Below are positions 1 to 10,257 of a stretch of 64,000 bases of DNA, one piece after another (the stretch's first letter is position 1; every line of letters starts with the position of its first letter). The notes beneath the pieces were generated by a model. It was given only the letters and a program-made list of their open reading frames with translations. It was not told the origin of the DNA and searched no databases. A program made the position numbers and the translations under genes. The stretch is from Thermodesulfobacteriota bacterium (GTDB lineage Bacteria; Desulfobacterota_D; UBA1144; Nemesobacterales; UBA2774), in NCBI GenBank assembly GCA_965216785.1, contig OZ244197.1:512001-576000 (forward strand), in the 5' to 3' direction.

Positions 1-1
1 A

Positions 2-190
2 GCGCTCAAGAGCGGTATTGTGGATAAAATCACCTTTTTTTATGCGCCTAAAATTCTTGGCTCGAGCGGGCTCAGCATGATAGGCGATCTTAATATACAC
101 AGAGTAATGGATTCTATCGAAGTCCAGGATTTAAGTGTGAAGAAAATCGGAAGCGAGTTTATGGTAGAAGGGTATTTAGGGAATAAGTAA
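2..190 (+). CDS. ribD: Riboflavin biosynthesis RibD, C-terminal fragment (5' truncated by window)
   Basis: Manual translation from nt 2: ALKSGIVDKITFFYAPKILGSSGLSMIG...VKKIGSEFMVEGYLGNK*, typical RibD reductase C-terminus; TAA at 188-190. Confidence 0.8.
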   Translation, partial: ALKSGIVDKITFFYAPKILGSSGLSMIGDLNIHRVMDSIEVQDLSVKKIGSEFMVEGYLGNK

Positions 191-216
191 CGACCATACA
201 AGACACTTAGTAGACA

Positions 217-897
217 ATGACGAGCCCGGATAATAAAAAGAAAGTCGGAATTTTCGGAGGCACCTTCGACCCGGTACACCTGGGGCATCTGCGGGCCGCC
301 GAAGAGATTAAGCGCATACTGGGGCTTGAGAAGATTTACTTTATACCCTCAGCCATTCCCCCGCACAAGAAACATACGGAGACTACCCCTTCAAAAGATA
401 GATTAAATATGCTGGAGGCTGCGCTTGAGCCCTACCCGTATTTTGAAATTTCTACATATGAAATAGAAAAAGCTACAACTTCATATACCATAGAGACACT
501 GCAGCATTTTACTTCAAATTACCCGGACATAGAGTTCTATTTTATTGTAGGCAGTGAGCTCTTTAATCACATTGAAACATGGAAAAACTATAATGATCTC
601 TTTACGTTAGCGAGCTTTGCAGTGATTGAAAGACCTGGATTCCCTGATGAGGGCAAACCATCTCTTCCTATTGCAATTGAGCCCGGTTTTCGATATCATA
701 TGAACCGGGACAACGTGACAATATATTCAAACAAATATTCCAAAGAAGTTGTATTTACACAAATCCACGGCGTCAGGGTTTCTTCCACAGAAATTAGACA
801 AAGAATTAAAGCCGGAGAATCAATAAGTGATTTGGTTCCGGAAGAAGTCGAGCGCTACATACTAAAGAACCACCTTTACACAGAGGCGTACACTTGA
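217..897 (+). CDS. nadD: Nicotinate-nucleotide adenylyltransferase
   Basis: GIFGGTFDPVHLGH (HxGH) and VSSTEIR motifs; upstream of rsfS. Confidence 0.95.
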   Translation: MTSPDNKKKVGIFGGTFDPVHLGHLRAAEEIKRILGLEKIYFIPSAIPPHKKHTETTPSKDRLNMLEAALEPYPYFEISTYEIEKATTSYTIETLQHFTSNYPDIEFYFIVGSELFNHIETWKNYNDLFTLASFAVIERPGFPDEGKPSLPIAIEPGFRYHMNRDNVTIYSNKYSKEVVFTQIHGVRVSSTEIRQRIKAGESISDLVPEEVERYILKNHLYTEAYT

Positions 898-1298
898 TAG
901 AAGCTAAAGACAAAGCTCTGTCCATCGCTCGTGCCGCGTGGGAAAAACACGCGCAGGATCCCGTACTTATTGAGGTAAAATCCTCAAGTGATGTCACCGA
1001 TTACTTTTTAGTCTGCAGCGCTAACTCGGACAGGGGTGTAAAAACCATAGTCGAGAGCATAGAGCAAAAGCTAAAAGAGCTTGGTGAGAAGGTGATAGGG
1101 ATCGAGGGTTATTCTGAAGGTAAGTGGGTACTCATTGATTCAGCAGACGTAGTTGCCCACATCTTTTATGAACCGTTGAGGGGATTTTACGACATAGAGA
1201 GCCTATGGATAGATGCCCCACGCGTCGAACTGCGCTTTGAAGAGCACACATCAAACGGCCATACCTCCCAAGACCCTACAGAGAGATACGGTTCCTAA
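894..1298 (+). CDS. rsfS: Ribosome silencing factor (Iojap family)
   Basis: TDYFLVCS, EG...WVLID...VVAHIF...FYDIESLW; TTG start overlapping nadD stop. Confidence 0.93.
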   Translation: MIEAKDKALSIARAAWEKHAQDPVLIEVKSSSDVTDYFLVCSANSDRGVKTIVESIEQKLKELGEKVIGIEGYSEGKWVLIDSADVVAHIFYEPLRGFYDIESLWIDAPRVELRFEEHTSNGHTSQDPTERYGS

Positions 1299-1368
1299 AA
1301 AGCTCAAACCTCATAAACTCAGCTTATAAATGTGTTCTTAGGCCTGTGATTGTTGTCAGCGCCAAGCG

Positions 1369-2442
1369 TTATTGGCCCTCTTTAATACCTCTTCTTCTTA
1401 TAAAAGCAGGTATCTCAAACTCGTCTTCCGCAACCTCGGTCGGCACTGATGAAACTATCGTATTCATATTCTGAGCACCTACGGTCTGAATGCCTGTCGC
1501 TATCACCGTAAGCTGAACCGACTCTCTGAACTGCTCATTGAAAACAAGGCCGAATATAAGATTGACGTCTGAATGAGCACGGTCTTTTATATAGTTACAA
1601 GCCTGGTTTAACTCTTCGATGCCGAAGTCAGGTGATGCCGTAACATTGAGAAGTATTCCGGTCGCGCCGTCAATGGAAATATCTTCGAGGAGCGGACTCG
1701 TAATAGCAGACTCAGCCGCTTCCACGGCACGGTTCGTGCCCTCGGCAAAACCGGTGCCCATGAGCGCCTTACCGCCGTTTTCCCCCATTATACTCTTCAC
1801 ATCGGCAAAATCGACGTTTATATATCCGGTTCCCGTAATAATATCTGAAATACCGCGCACTGCCTGGAGAAGCACCTCATCCGCCTTCTTAAAAGCATCG
1901 AGTATGCTTACCTTATGCACTTCAGCAAGCCTGTCGTTGGGAATGACAATCAGGGTATCGACTTCTTCTTCAAGCCTCTGAATCCCCTCCAGAGCCTGTT
2001 TATTTCTCCTGGGCCCTTCAAATCCAAAAGGTTTGGTCACCACTCCAACCGTTAGCGCGCCCGTTTCCTTGGCAGCTTGAGCTATTATTGGGGAAGATCC
2101 AGTTCCGGTCCCACCTCCCATACCGGCTGTGACGAAAACCATATCGGCGCCTTCGAGCGTCTCTGCTATGAGTGACTGATCCTCAATGGCAGCCTCTCTG
2201 CCCAGTACCGGGTTACCACCCGAACCAAGGCCTTTTGTAGTTCTTGTGCCAATTTGGAGCTTTGTAGGGGCTAGCGATTTTCTCAGGTCCTGAGAGTCGG
2301 TATTGGTAACTACAAAATCGACTCCTTCAAGTCCCTTTTCAATCATCGCATTAACGGCATTGCCGCCAGCGCCTCCGGCTCCGACAACTTTGATTTTAGC
2401 CTTTTGCTCAATACCAGTGTCTTCGAGTTCAAAGTTTGCCAT
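1369..2442 (-). CDS. ftsZ: Cell division protein FtsZ
   Basis: GMGGGTGTG tubulin signature, C-terminal FEIPAFIRR; start placed at ATG 2442 (MANFEL) downstream of GGAGGAGG. Confidence 0.97.
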   Translation of the reverse strand: MANFELEDTGIEQKAKIKVVGAGGAGGNAVNAMIEKGLEGVDFVVTNTDSQDLRKSLAPTKLQIGTRTTKGLGSGGNPVLGREAAIEDQSLIAETLEGADMVFVTAGMGGGTGTGSSPIIAQAAKETGALTVGVVTKPFGFEGPRRNKQALEGIQRLEEEVDTLIVIPNDRLAEVHKVSILDAFKKADEVLLQAVRGISDIITGTGYINVDFADVKSIMGENGGKALMGTGFAEGTNRAVEAAESAITSPLLEDISIDGATGILLNVTASPDFGIEELNQACNYIKDRAHSDVNLIFGLVFNEQFRESVQLTVIATGIQTVGAQNMNTIVSSVPTEVAEDEFEIPAFIRRRGIKEGQ

Positions 2443-2481
2443 AATCAACACCCTCCTCCATTATATTTTATCCAGTTTAAC

Positions 2482-3714
2482 CTAAAAAAACTCCTGAAAC
2501 CAGTTTTTCATGCTATCAAATATTTTTTTAAAGACATTCTCGTCTCTAATCCTTAACTTTTTATCCCCTTTATACTGCGTACCATACAGAACGAGCCCAA
2601 CTCCGGTTGAATATACCGGGTTTGCAATAATGTCGCTGAGCCCCCCTACTTCAGTCGGAATACCCATTCTGACAGGCATCTCCAACACCCTTTCGGCAAG
2701 CTCAACCGTACCGTTCATTATTACGCTTCCCCCGGTTATTACCACTCCGCCCGGGACAAGCTCGTCGTAACCAGATTTTTTTATTTCCCTTTTTGCCAGT
2801 GCGAATATTTCGTCCATTCTCGGCTCTATCACCATAGCCAGGTCTTTTCTTGAAATCTTTCTAAAATGCCGTCCACCCACACTCGGAACTTCAATCGTTT
2901 CTTCCGGAGATACGAGCTCAGCGAGCGCGCACCCGTGCTTTTCCTTAATCTTTCTGGCCTCAGCCAGGGGGGTCGACAGTCCAAGCGCAATGTCTCTGTC
3001 TATGTTGTCCCCGCCGAGAGTAACGTTTTCCGTATACCTTATGCTGCCGCCAACGAAAATCGCTATGTCGGTAGTGCCGCCGCCGCAGTCAATTAACACG
3101 ACTCCGATCTCTTTCTCGTCCTCTGTCAGGACAGCCTCGCTTGAGGCAAGCTGCTCGAGCACCACGTCTGCCACGTCCATTCCCGCGCCGTGTATGCATT
3201 TAACCAGATTCTGCGCCGCGGTAACCTGTCCTGTTACAATGTGCACCTTTGTCTCCAGCTTAACCCCATATATACCTATTGGATCCTTAATACCCGACTG
3301 ACCGTCCACAATATATTCCTGAGGAATTACGTGGATGATCTCTCTGTCAGCCGGTATCAGCACAGCGTTTGCGGACTCTATTACTCTCTCAAGATCCTTA
3401 TTAGCCACTTCGCGCTCTCGAAGACTAATCATCCCATGGCCGCTTATCCCCTTTATATGCCCTCCGGCAATACCGACAAAAACCGTCCTTATTTCACACC
3501 CGGCCATATGCTCGGCTTCTTCCACCGCGTTTTTAACCGACTGTATTGTGTTGTCGATATTTACTACCACTCCCCTCTTAAGACCGAATGAAGGGTATGT
3601 GCCTACGCCTACTATCTCCACTTCCTCAGTTTGCGGGTTTGTCTCGCCAACAATGGCGCATATTTTCGTTGTGCCTATATCCAAGCCGATTATTAAATCC
3701 TGCTCTCTACCCAT
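2482..3714 (-). CDS. ftsA: Cell division protein FtsA
   Basis: IGLDIGTTKI, DCGGGTTDIA, C-terminal amphipathic helix KNWFQEFF. Confidence 0.97.
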   Translation of the reverse strand: MGREQDLIIGLDIGTTKICAIVGETNPQTEEVEIVGVGTYPSFGLKRGVVVNIDNTIQSVKNAVEEAEHMAGCEIRTVFVGIAGGHIKGISGHGMISLREREVANKDLERVIESANAVLIPADREIIHVIPQEYIVDGQSGIKDPIGIYGVKLETKVHIVTGQVTAAQNLVKCIHGAGMDVADVVLEQLASSEAVLTEDEKEIGVVLIDCGGGTTDIAIFVGGSIRYTENVTLGGDNIDRDIALGLSTPLAEARKIKEKHGCALAELVSPEETIEVPSVGGRHFRKISRKDLAMVIEPRMDEIFALAKREIKKSGYDELVPGGVVITGGSVIMNGTVELAERVLEMPVRMGIPTEVGGLSDIIANPVYSTGVGLVLYGTQYKGDKKLRIRDENVFKKIFDSMKNWFQEFF

Positions 3715-4462
3715 CTTGAGCTCCTGAATCTACTGTCGGCACCTCAAAATTTACTACTCCCATATCGCTCGAGCTGATGTTTATATAGGCCTGCTTAAGA
3801 CCTAAATTGTCTGCGTGCTGAATAATACTTTCAAGCTTGCGCCATTTTCTGTACACGTCGCCCCTGTCGAACACGATATGTCTTCGGTCCGTTGTATATA
3901 GATTTATTCCGTAAATATTATCTATATGGATCTCTGATATCTCGCTCCAATCGAGAACACTGCTATTTGATGATAAATCCAATATCTGTAAGGCTTCTTT
4001 CAATAGATCCGAGTTTTCTATACCATCGCCGATCAGAACAGGAAAATCAAGGCCTTCATCAAATTTAGCCGTACCGAGTATTTTGCCGGTACTGCTTAAA
4101 TAGTGCGGACTGCCGTCTGAGCCAAAGACAAGGCAGTAAACCTTTTCCTCTTCAATATCAATATGTACCCTCTTGGGAAATTCTTTATGGACCTTGACGC
4201 TGTGGATCCAGGGATTTTTCAAGATATCTTTTTCTACCCTGTCCTCAAAGAAAAAAATGCTGCTCTCACCGAGCCTTAAGCCCGATCTTTGCAGTATTTC
4301 TTTCTCTGAAATCTTCTCGTTACCGGCGACTGTTACTTCATGCACGGTAAATACCCCGAGGCTGATTGTAATGTACGTGCACACACCAAACACCGCTATT
4401 ACCAGCAGTACCGTAAGCACCTTGGCCGCCTTTACGAATAACGCTTTTCTCTCTTCGCTCAC
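3707..4462 (-). CDS. ftsQ: Cell division protein FtsQ/DivIB
   Basis: Single N-terminal TM, POTRA-like V.GN...PWI.SV.V.KEFP.RV.I.IEE; position upstream of ftsA. Confidence 0.85.
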   Translation of the reverse strand: MSEERKALFVKAAKVLTVLLVIAVFGVCTYITISLGVFTVHEVTVAGNEKISEKEILQRSGLRLGESSIFFFEDRVEKDILKNPWIHSVKVHKEFPKRVHIDIEEEKVYCLVFGSDGSPHYLSSTGKILGTAKFDEGLDFPVLIGDGIENSDLLKEALQILDLSSNSSVLDWSEISEIHIDNIYGINLYTTDRRHIVFDRGDVYRKWRKLESIIQHADNLGLKQAYINISSSDMGVVNFEVPTVDSGAQDG

Positions 4463-5355
4463 TTTTTATCCCCTACCACCCTTACCTCTGTCTCGAGCTT
4501 TATACCCCTTTTTGACAAGGCCTCTTTCTTGGCCGTTTCTATGAGACTAAGAACATCCTGCGCGCTCGCGCCCCCGCAGTTAACTATAAAGTTCGCGTGC
4601 AGGTCAGAGAACTTAGCCCCGCCGATCCCGTAACCCTTCAGCCCTAGCTCCTCAAGCAGCCTGCCGGCCGCGATCTCGGGAGGGTTCTTAAATATTGAGC
4701 CGGTATTCGTCATAGTAATCGGCTGAGTTTCGTTTCGCTTCTCCATGTATTGTTTTACGTTTTGCTCGCTCTCCACCTTGTTTCCTTTCTTAAGCGCGAA
4801 CATGGCTTTTAGTACGACGCTCCCCTTCGGGAGGTGTGCTTTTCTGTACTCAAATTTTACATCCTTTCTCTTAAACTCAACTTCCTTCCCGTCATGCCAA
4901 ACCCAAACTGTATCTACGACGTCCTTGATCTCCCCATCGTTTGCCCCTGCGTTCATGAATACGCCTCCGCCGACCGTACCCGGTATGCCCGCGGCAAACT
5001 CAAACCCCGTGAGGCCCGCCCTAACAGTTTTATTTAGTATTGTCCCGAGTATAGCGCCGGTTTCCGCAACCACTTTGCAGTTATCGAGGATCTCGATCTT
5101 CTTAAGCTTTTTAGTGGACAGTACAGCCCCTGTTATTCCCCTGTCATAAACTATCGTATTAGAGCCTTCTCCGAGTACAATCCACTTTGTTCCAGAAGAG
5201 TGGAGTATGTCGAGCGCCTCTTTAAGCTGGGCGGCGTTAGCCGGCGTTACCAATAGATCGGCTTGTCCCCCAACACGGAGCCAGGTGTACTTATCCATAG
5301 GATATTTACTCTTAACCTCACACCCGATTTTCTCAAGCTTTGATGCGAGCGTCAC
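4459..5355 (-). CDS. murB: UDP-N-acetylmuramate dehydrogenase
   Basis: RVGGQAD, GEGSN, GIPGTVGGGVFMNAGA, GSIFKNP, HANFIVN. Confidence 0.96.
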   Translation of the reverse strand: MTLASKLEKIGCEVKSKYPMDKYTWLRVGGQADLLVTPANAAQLKEALDILHSSGTKWIVLGEGSNTIVYDRGITGAVLSTKKLKKIEILDNCKVVAETGAILGTILNKTVRAGLTGFEFAAGIPGTVGGGVFMNAGANDGEIKDVVDTVWVWHDGKEVEFKRKDVKFEYRKAHLPKGSVVLKAMFALKKGNKVESEQNVKQYMEKRNETQPITMTNTGSIFKNPPEIAAGRLLEELGLKGYGIGGAKFSDLHANFIVNCGGASAQDVLSLIETAKKEALSKRGIKLETEVRVVGDKK

Positions 5356-6719
5356 TTAATCGCCTCCACTATCTCTTCCCCGTAGGTCCAGACGTTCCCG
5401 GCGCCGAGCGTCAGCACAGTGTCCCCCGATTCTATTGCTTCAAGAACAGCCCTCGCAACACTTTGGCTTCCGTTAATATAGGTAACATCCTCATGACCCG
5501 ACTCTTTAATTGCCTCAAAGAGCCTCTGAGAGCTCACCCCCTCGATCGGGTCTTCACTCGCAGCGTAAATATCCAGTAAAAATAGCTTGTCCGCCTGCAG
5601 AAGAACCTGAACGAATTCATCGAACAGCAGACTTGTACGGGAATACCTGTGGGGCTGAAACATCACGACAACCCTCCCCGCACCGGTCTCCTTTATCGCC
5701 TCTATGGTAACTTCTATTTCCCGTGGGTGATGAGCATAGTCGTCTACTACCGTTATCCCGCCCGAGCTCCCCTTAATCTCCAGCCTTCTGCCTATCCCTT
5801 TAAATTTCGACAGTCCCTCTTTCACATGCTCAAAACTCATTCCAAGCTCCATACCTACGGCAATTGCAGCAAGCGCATTCTGAGCAACATGTCTGCCGGG
5901 GGAGTGGATTTTAATATTCCCCAATACAGTATCTTCCTGCACTACAGTAAACTCGGTCTCAAAGCCGTGAATTTTTACGTCTTGAGCTCTGAGCTCGGCA
6001 TCCGGGCTAAACCCGTACGTAACTAACCTTTTCTGATAGTCCTTGGCGATGGAGCTTACCCTCGGGCAGTCCACACATAATACGGACAGGCCGTAGAACG
6101 GTATTTTATTCATAAAGGAAGTGAACGTCCCAACCAATTCCTCCATATCTTTGTAATGATCCATGTGCTCTTCATCTATGTTGGTAAGTACGGAAATTAC
6201 CGGAGATAAAAGCATAAAAGACCCGTCGCTCTCATCGGCCTCGACTACCATAAAGCTGCCTTCTCCGAGCCTGGCATTCGTGCCTAGGGTCTGAACCTTG
6301 CCTCCGACAACTATAGTCGGGTCGAGCCCCCCGTAGGAGAGCACAGATTCTATCATCGATGTAGTCGTGGTTTTTCCATGGCTCCCGGCAACTGCGATAC
6401 CGTATCGGAGCCTCATGAGCTCGGCCAGCATCTGCGCCCTCGGGATTACTGGGATGCCCAGAGAATGAGCCTCCGCCACCTCGGGGTTGTCCTGTCTCAC
6501 TGCCGAGGAAATCACAACTACATCAGTGTCACGCACGTTTTCCGCCTCGTGTCCTATATGGATGCGGGCACCGAGCCCAATGAGCCGCTTTACCGTTTCA
6601 GACTCCTTCAGATCAGACCCCGTAACCGTATAGCCCATATTGATCAGTACTTCCGCGATGCCGCTCATGCCGATACCGCCAATCCCAACAAAATGTAGAC
6701 GTTTTATCTTTCCGTACAC
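5352..6719 (-). CDS. murC: UDP-N-acetylmuramate--L-alanine ligase
   Basis: GIGGIGMSG, GSHGKTTT, EADESD, DDYAHHP. Confidence 0.97.
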   Translation of the reverse strand: MYGKIKRLHFVGIGGIGMSGIAEVLINMGYTVTGSDLKESETVKRLIGLGARIHIGHEAENVRDTDVVVISSAVRQDNPEVAEAHSLGIPVIPRAQMLAELMRLRYGIAVAGSHGKTTTTSMIESVLSYGGLDPTIVVGGKVQTLGTNARLGEGSFMVVEADESDGSFMLLSPVISVLTNIDEEHMDHYKDMEELVGTFTSFMNKIPFYGLSVLCVDCPRVSSIAKDYQKRLVTYGFSPDAELRAQDVKIHGFETEFTVVQEDTVLGNIKIHSPGRHVAQNALAAIAVGMELGMSFEHVKEGLSKFKGIGRRLEIKGSSGGITVVDDYAHHPREIEVTIEAIKETGAGRVVVMFQPHRYSRTSLLFDEFVQVLLQADKLFLLDIYAASEDPIEGVSSQRLFEAIKESGHEDVTYINGSQSVARAVLEAIESGDTVLTLGAGNVWTYGEEIVEAIK

Positions 6720-7789
6720 CAGTTCACTCCGCTAAGTTTATATATTTCGTCAACAATGTGAGGCGCGGCTCCGGGTTTTCCAAGCGCGCGCGATCTCACT
6801 GCCATTTCTTCCAGTTTGTTTTTATCCTTTAAAACTTGAAGCGCTTGAGCCAGATTTTCCGGCGTCGCCTCTTTATCTTCTATCAGTAACGCCGCCCCCG
6901 AAGCTTCTAGAGCCTTTGCATTCTCGAGCTGATGGTTATGCGTCGCATACGGAAACGGTATTAACAGCGAGGGCTTTCCAAGCGCCGTAATCTCTGCAAC
7001 GGTTCCTGCGCCGGCTCTTCCTATCACAAAATCACTCCTCGCATACGCTGTGGCCATATCGTCTATAAACGTAAGAACCTCAGCGCTGATATTGTTCTTA
7101 TTGTAGAAATCCTGAACATCCTTAAGATCATTTTCGCCTGTTTGATGAATCACATGGAGACCACTGATTCCGCTCCGGGATAGCGCTTCGGGAACCGAGC
7201 TGTTAAGCCTCTTCGCTCCCTGGCTTCCTCCGAACACAAGACATACAAACGAGCGCCCCTGCTCCTTTTCGCCTTTGTAAGTCAAAATGTCTTTTCTGAC
7301 AGGATTTCCTGTAACAACTATTTTATCTTTATCGAAAAATTTTTCACACCCTTCAAACGTGCTGAATATCTTTTTTGCAAATTTACTCAAGATGCGGTTA
7401 GTAACCCCGGGCACGGAATTCTGCTCGCAAACGGCAGTCGGCAGCCTCAATATCGAGGCTGACAGCACTACAGGACCTGACACATATCCACCTACGCCGA
7501 GTACTACATCTGGTTTGAAGCTCCGAATAACCGAAACTGACTCGACAATGCCGACAGCTGCTGAAAAAACTCCGGAAACCCTTTTAAATATTCCTTTTCC
7601 CACAATACCACCCGAACTAATATGTTTTATCTCATAACCCCTCTGAGCGACCAATTTATTTTCCAATCCGCTCCTTGTTCCCACAAATAAAACCTCATTC
7701 CCAGGGTCCCTATTTAATATCTCCTCGGCAATAGAGATTGCCGGGAACACGTGGCCCCCGGTGCCTCCGCCTGCAATTATGACCTTCAT
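6704..7789 (-). CDS. murG: Lipid II GlcNAc transferase MurG
   Basis: GGGTGGHVFP, GNPVR, GGSQGA, RAGAGT. Confidence 0.97.
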   Translation of the reverse strand: MKVIIAGGGTGGHVFPAISIAEEILNRDPGNEVLFVGTRSGLENKLVAQRGYEIKHISSGGIVGKGIFKRVSGVFSAAVGIVESVSVIRSFKPDVVLGVGGYVSGPVVLSASILRLPTAVCEQNSVPGVTNRILSKFAKKIFSTFEGCEKFFDKDKIVVTGNPVRKDILTYKGEKEQGRSFVCLVFGGSQGAKRLNSSVPEALSRSGISGLHVIHQTGENDLKDVQDFYNKNNISAEVLTFIDDMATAYARSDFVIGRAGAGTVAEITALGKPSLLIPFPYATHNHQLENAKALEASGAALLIEDKEATPENLAQALQVLKDKNKLEEMAVRSRALGKPGAAPHIVDEIYKLSGVNWCTER

Positions 7790-8931
7790 TTTATTCCTGA
7801 TCTAGATACGTTGAGTATTATTCCTACAGCCGCAAGTGTGGTTACAAGTGAGGTGCCGCCATAGCTAATGAACGGTAGTGTGAGACCTTTAGTGGGGAAA
7901 AGTCCGACAGCGACAGCCATGTTAATACCGGCCTGAAGAGTGATCAGCATAATACAGCCAAATACTAAATAGCATCCGAAAAGATCCGGCGCCCTGAGAG
8001 ACACCCTCAAACTTCTAATCAATAGAACAGCAAATCCGATTATTACTAGCACTATGCCTATGAAGCCAAGCTCTTCACCAATTATGGAGAAAATAAAATC
8101 CGTATGCGCCTGAGGAAGGAAGAAGAGCTTCTGAGTACTGTCCCCGAGCCCGGCGCCGTAGATGCCGCCCATAGCGAAAGCGATGAACGATTGTATAGCC
8201 TGATAACCCGATCCCAGCGGGTCCTGCCAAGGGTCGAGGAACGAGGTTACCCTCTTCATCCTATAACCCTTCGTTACGACCGCGAGTACCATGAATATTA
8301 TCGAAACAAGCCCTACGGGGATCATGTACTTTAATTTCACATCGCCAATGAACATCATACCGAATAACACCACCAGCACAGTGGTTGCCGTGCCGAAATC
8401 GGGCTCTAAAAGTATTAAGACTATATACACTCCCGCAATCATTATGTGGGAGGCGAATCCGACTACGAAATTATCCAGTTTATCCCGCTTTTTTGTAAGG
8501 GAATGTGCTAGATACAGAACTAATATATACTTTGCGATTTCTGAAGGTTGGAAGGTGAATATACCTAGATCAATCCATCTCTGCGCTCCGCCCACCTGCT
8601 TTCCGATCCCAGGCACCAGGACGAGCACCAGCATCACTAGCCCCACAAGGTATGCGGGGTAGACAAGCTTTCTTAAGTGTCTGTAATCAAATAACATCAG
8701 CAAAACCATTGAGGTTAAACCCATTAAGAGATAAATGCCGTGACGCTTCAGAAAGTAGTGGGTATCCCCGTACATCTCAAGCGAATATACGGAGCTTGTG
8801 CTGTAAACCATCAGCACGCCCATCGAAGTCAGAAATAGAGCGGACAGGACAACGCCTATGTCGTAACTGTTTCCCTCAACTGTATCGAATATTTTCAACA
8901 ATTTCCTTGAATCTCCTTCCTCTGTCTTCAT
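7786..8931 (-). CDS. ftsW: SEDS peptidoglycan polymerase FtsW
   Basis: GAQRWI, FQPSEIAK, PDFGT, LPQAHTDFIF, PFISYGGTS; start uncertain (ATG 8931 or a TTG near the murD stop), not 9072. Confidence 0.92.
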   Translation of the reverse strand: MKTEEGDSRKLLKIFDTVEGNSYDIGVVLSALFLTSMGVLMVYSTSSVYSLEMYGDTHYFLKRHGIYLLMGLTSMVLLMLFDYRHLRKLVYPAYLVGLVMLVLVLVPGIGKQVGGAQRWIDLGIFTFQPSEIAKYILVLYLAHSLTKKRDKLDNFVVGFASHIMIAGVYIVLILLEPDFGTATTVLVVLFGMMFIGDVKLKYMIPVGLVSIIFMVLAVVTKGYRMKRVTSFLDPWQDPLGSGYQAIQSFIAFAMGGIYGAGLGDSTQKLFFLPQAHTDFIFSIIGEELGFIGIVLVIIGFAVLLIRSLRVSLRAPDLFGCYLVFGCIMLITLQAGINMAVAVGLFPTKGLTLPFISYGGTSLVTTLAAVGIILNVSRSGIK

Positions 8932-10213
8932 ATGATTTAAACATATCAAAACTCGAGCAAGCGGGTGAAAAAAGTACCGAGTCCCGGGGTTCCATATTAT
9001 CCAGCGCGCTTTGCACCGCACCTTTAAGTGAATCTGAAAGTATGGACCTGACACTCCCGCCAAGCTCTTCACTCATCCTTTGCCTTGCCTCTCCGATTAA
9101 TACCAGCACTTTTACCTTTTCATTGACTATGTTTTTTAGCGCATCATAGCTTACTCCCTTGTCCTTTCCGCCCGCGATCAGGATCACTGGAGCCTTTGTG
9201 CTCTCAAGCGCGCTCAGCGTAGCGCCCGGGCTCGTGGATTTAGAGTCGTTATAGAAGTAAGCCCCCCTGATCTCCCCCAGATACTCGTTTCTATGGGGAA
9301 GCGGGTCAAACTCGATTACCGCCTTTCTTATTTGCGCGGGCTCACAGCCAAGAGCGCTCGCCCCTGCTATAGCCGCCATAATATTGTCTATGTTATGGCG
9401 TCCTCTGAGCTTCATCCCGCTTAACTCATACATCTCACTGCCGTAGCGGACACAGCACCCGTTATACGATACAGCGTTTTCAGATAGAGCGTCACCGAAG
9501 GGGATTTTTGTTGCACTCACCTGGGATAAGCGTTTATTTATCTCCTCGTCATCCGACTTGTAGATAAATATGTCGTCGCTCCCCTGGTTCGCAGCGATCT
9601 TCATTTTTGACTCTATGTACTCAGTGTAGCTTTCGTGATGGTCCAGGTGGTTTGGGGAGATATTGAGAACTACCGCTATATCCGGCCTGAACTCCGATAC
9701 CCCCTGGAGCTGAAAACTGCTGAGCTCTAGCACCAATACGTCGTACTCGCTGTCTTTGCCCGCGATAGTTATTAGCGGAGTGCCTATATTCGCGCCCAGA
9801 AAAACTTTTTTTCCGCATGTTTTTAGTATCTCTGAAATCAGAGTGCAGGTAGTCGTCTTGCCGTTAGATCCGGTAACGGCAATTATGGGTTTGGTAATAA
9901 ACCTTGACGCAAGCTCCACTTCGCTTATAACCTCGATCTCTTCCTCGATAGCTCTTTTGACCTCTGGGGTCGCAAAAGGAACTCCGGGGCTCAGCACAAT
10001 AAGCTCAGGCCACAAAAAGCTCTCGACCGTGTGCCCGCCGGACTCTACCTCTATAGCCCTAGCGCCAAGCATTTCGATCTCGTTTACCAGCTTTTCAGGA
10101 GGCGACATATCGCTCACCCTGACTTGGGCGCCTCTTTCCCGCAAAAAGAGCGCAGTTTCCAAACCTGTTTTTCCAAGTCCGACAACAAGTACTTTTTTAT
10201 CTTTCAAGTCCAT
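8876..10213 (-). CDS. murD: UDP-MurNAc-L-Ala--D-glutamate ligase
   Basis: GLGKTG, GSNGKTTT, ELSSFQL, NDSKST, SPACSSFDMF. Confidence 0.97.
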   Translation of the reverse strand: MDLKDKKVLVVGLGKTGLETALFLRERGAQVRVSDMSPPEKLVNEIEMLGARAIEVESGGHTVESFLWPELIVLSPGVPFATPEVKRAIEEEIEVISEVELASRFITKPIIAVTGSNGKTTTCTLISEILKTCGKKVFLGANIGTPLITIAGKDSEYDVLVLELSSFQLQGVSEFRPDIAVVLNISPNHLDHHESYTEYIESKMKIAANQGSDDIFIYKSDDEEINKRLSQVSATKIPFGDALSENAVSYNGCCVRYGSEMYELSGMKLRGRHNIDNIMAAIAGASALGCEPAQIRKAVIEFDPLPHRNEYLGEIRGAYFYNDSKSTSPGATLSALESTKAPVILIAGGKDKGVSYDALKNIVNEKVKVLVLIGEARQRMSEELGGSVRSILSDSLKGAVQSALDNMEPRDSVLFSPACSSFDMFKSYEDRGRRFKEIVENIRYS

Positions 10214-10257
10214 ATTAAATCCCTGTTACTATCACAGCAATGCCATAGTCCGAAAAG

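Noticed and set aside
8932-9072. N-terminal extension of ftsW in the ORF track
   Set aside because: Overlaps murD coding sequence in another frame; not FtsW-like
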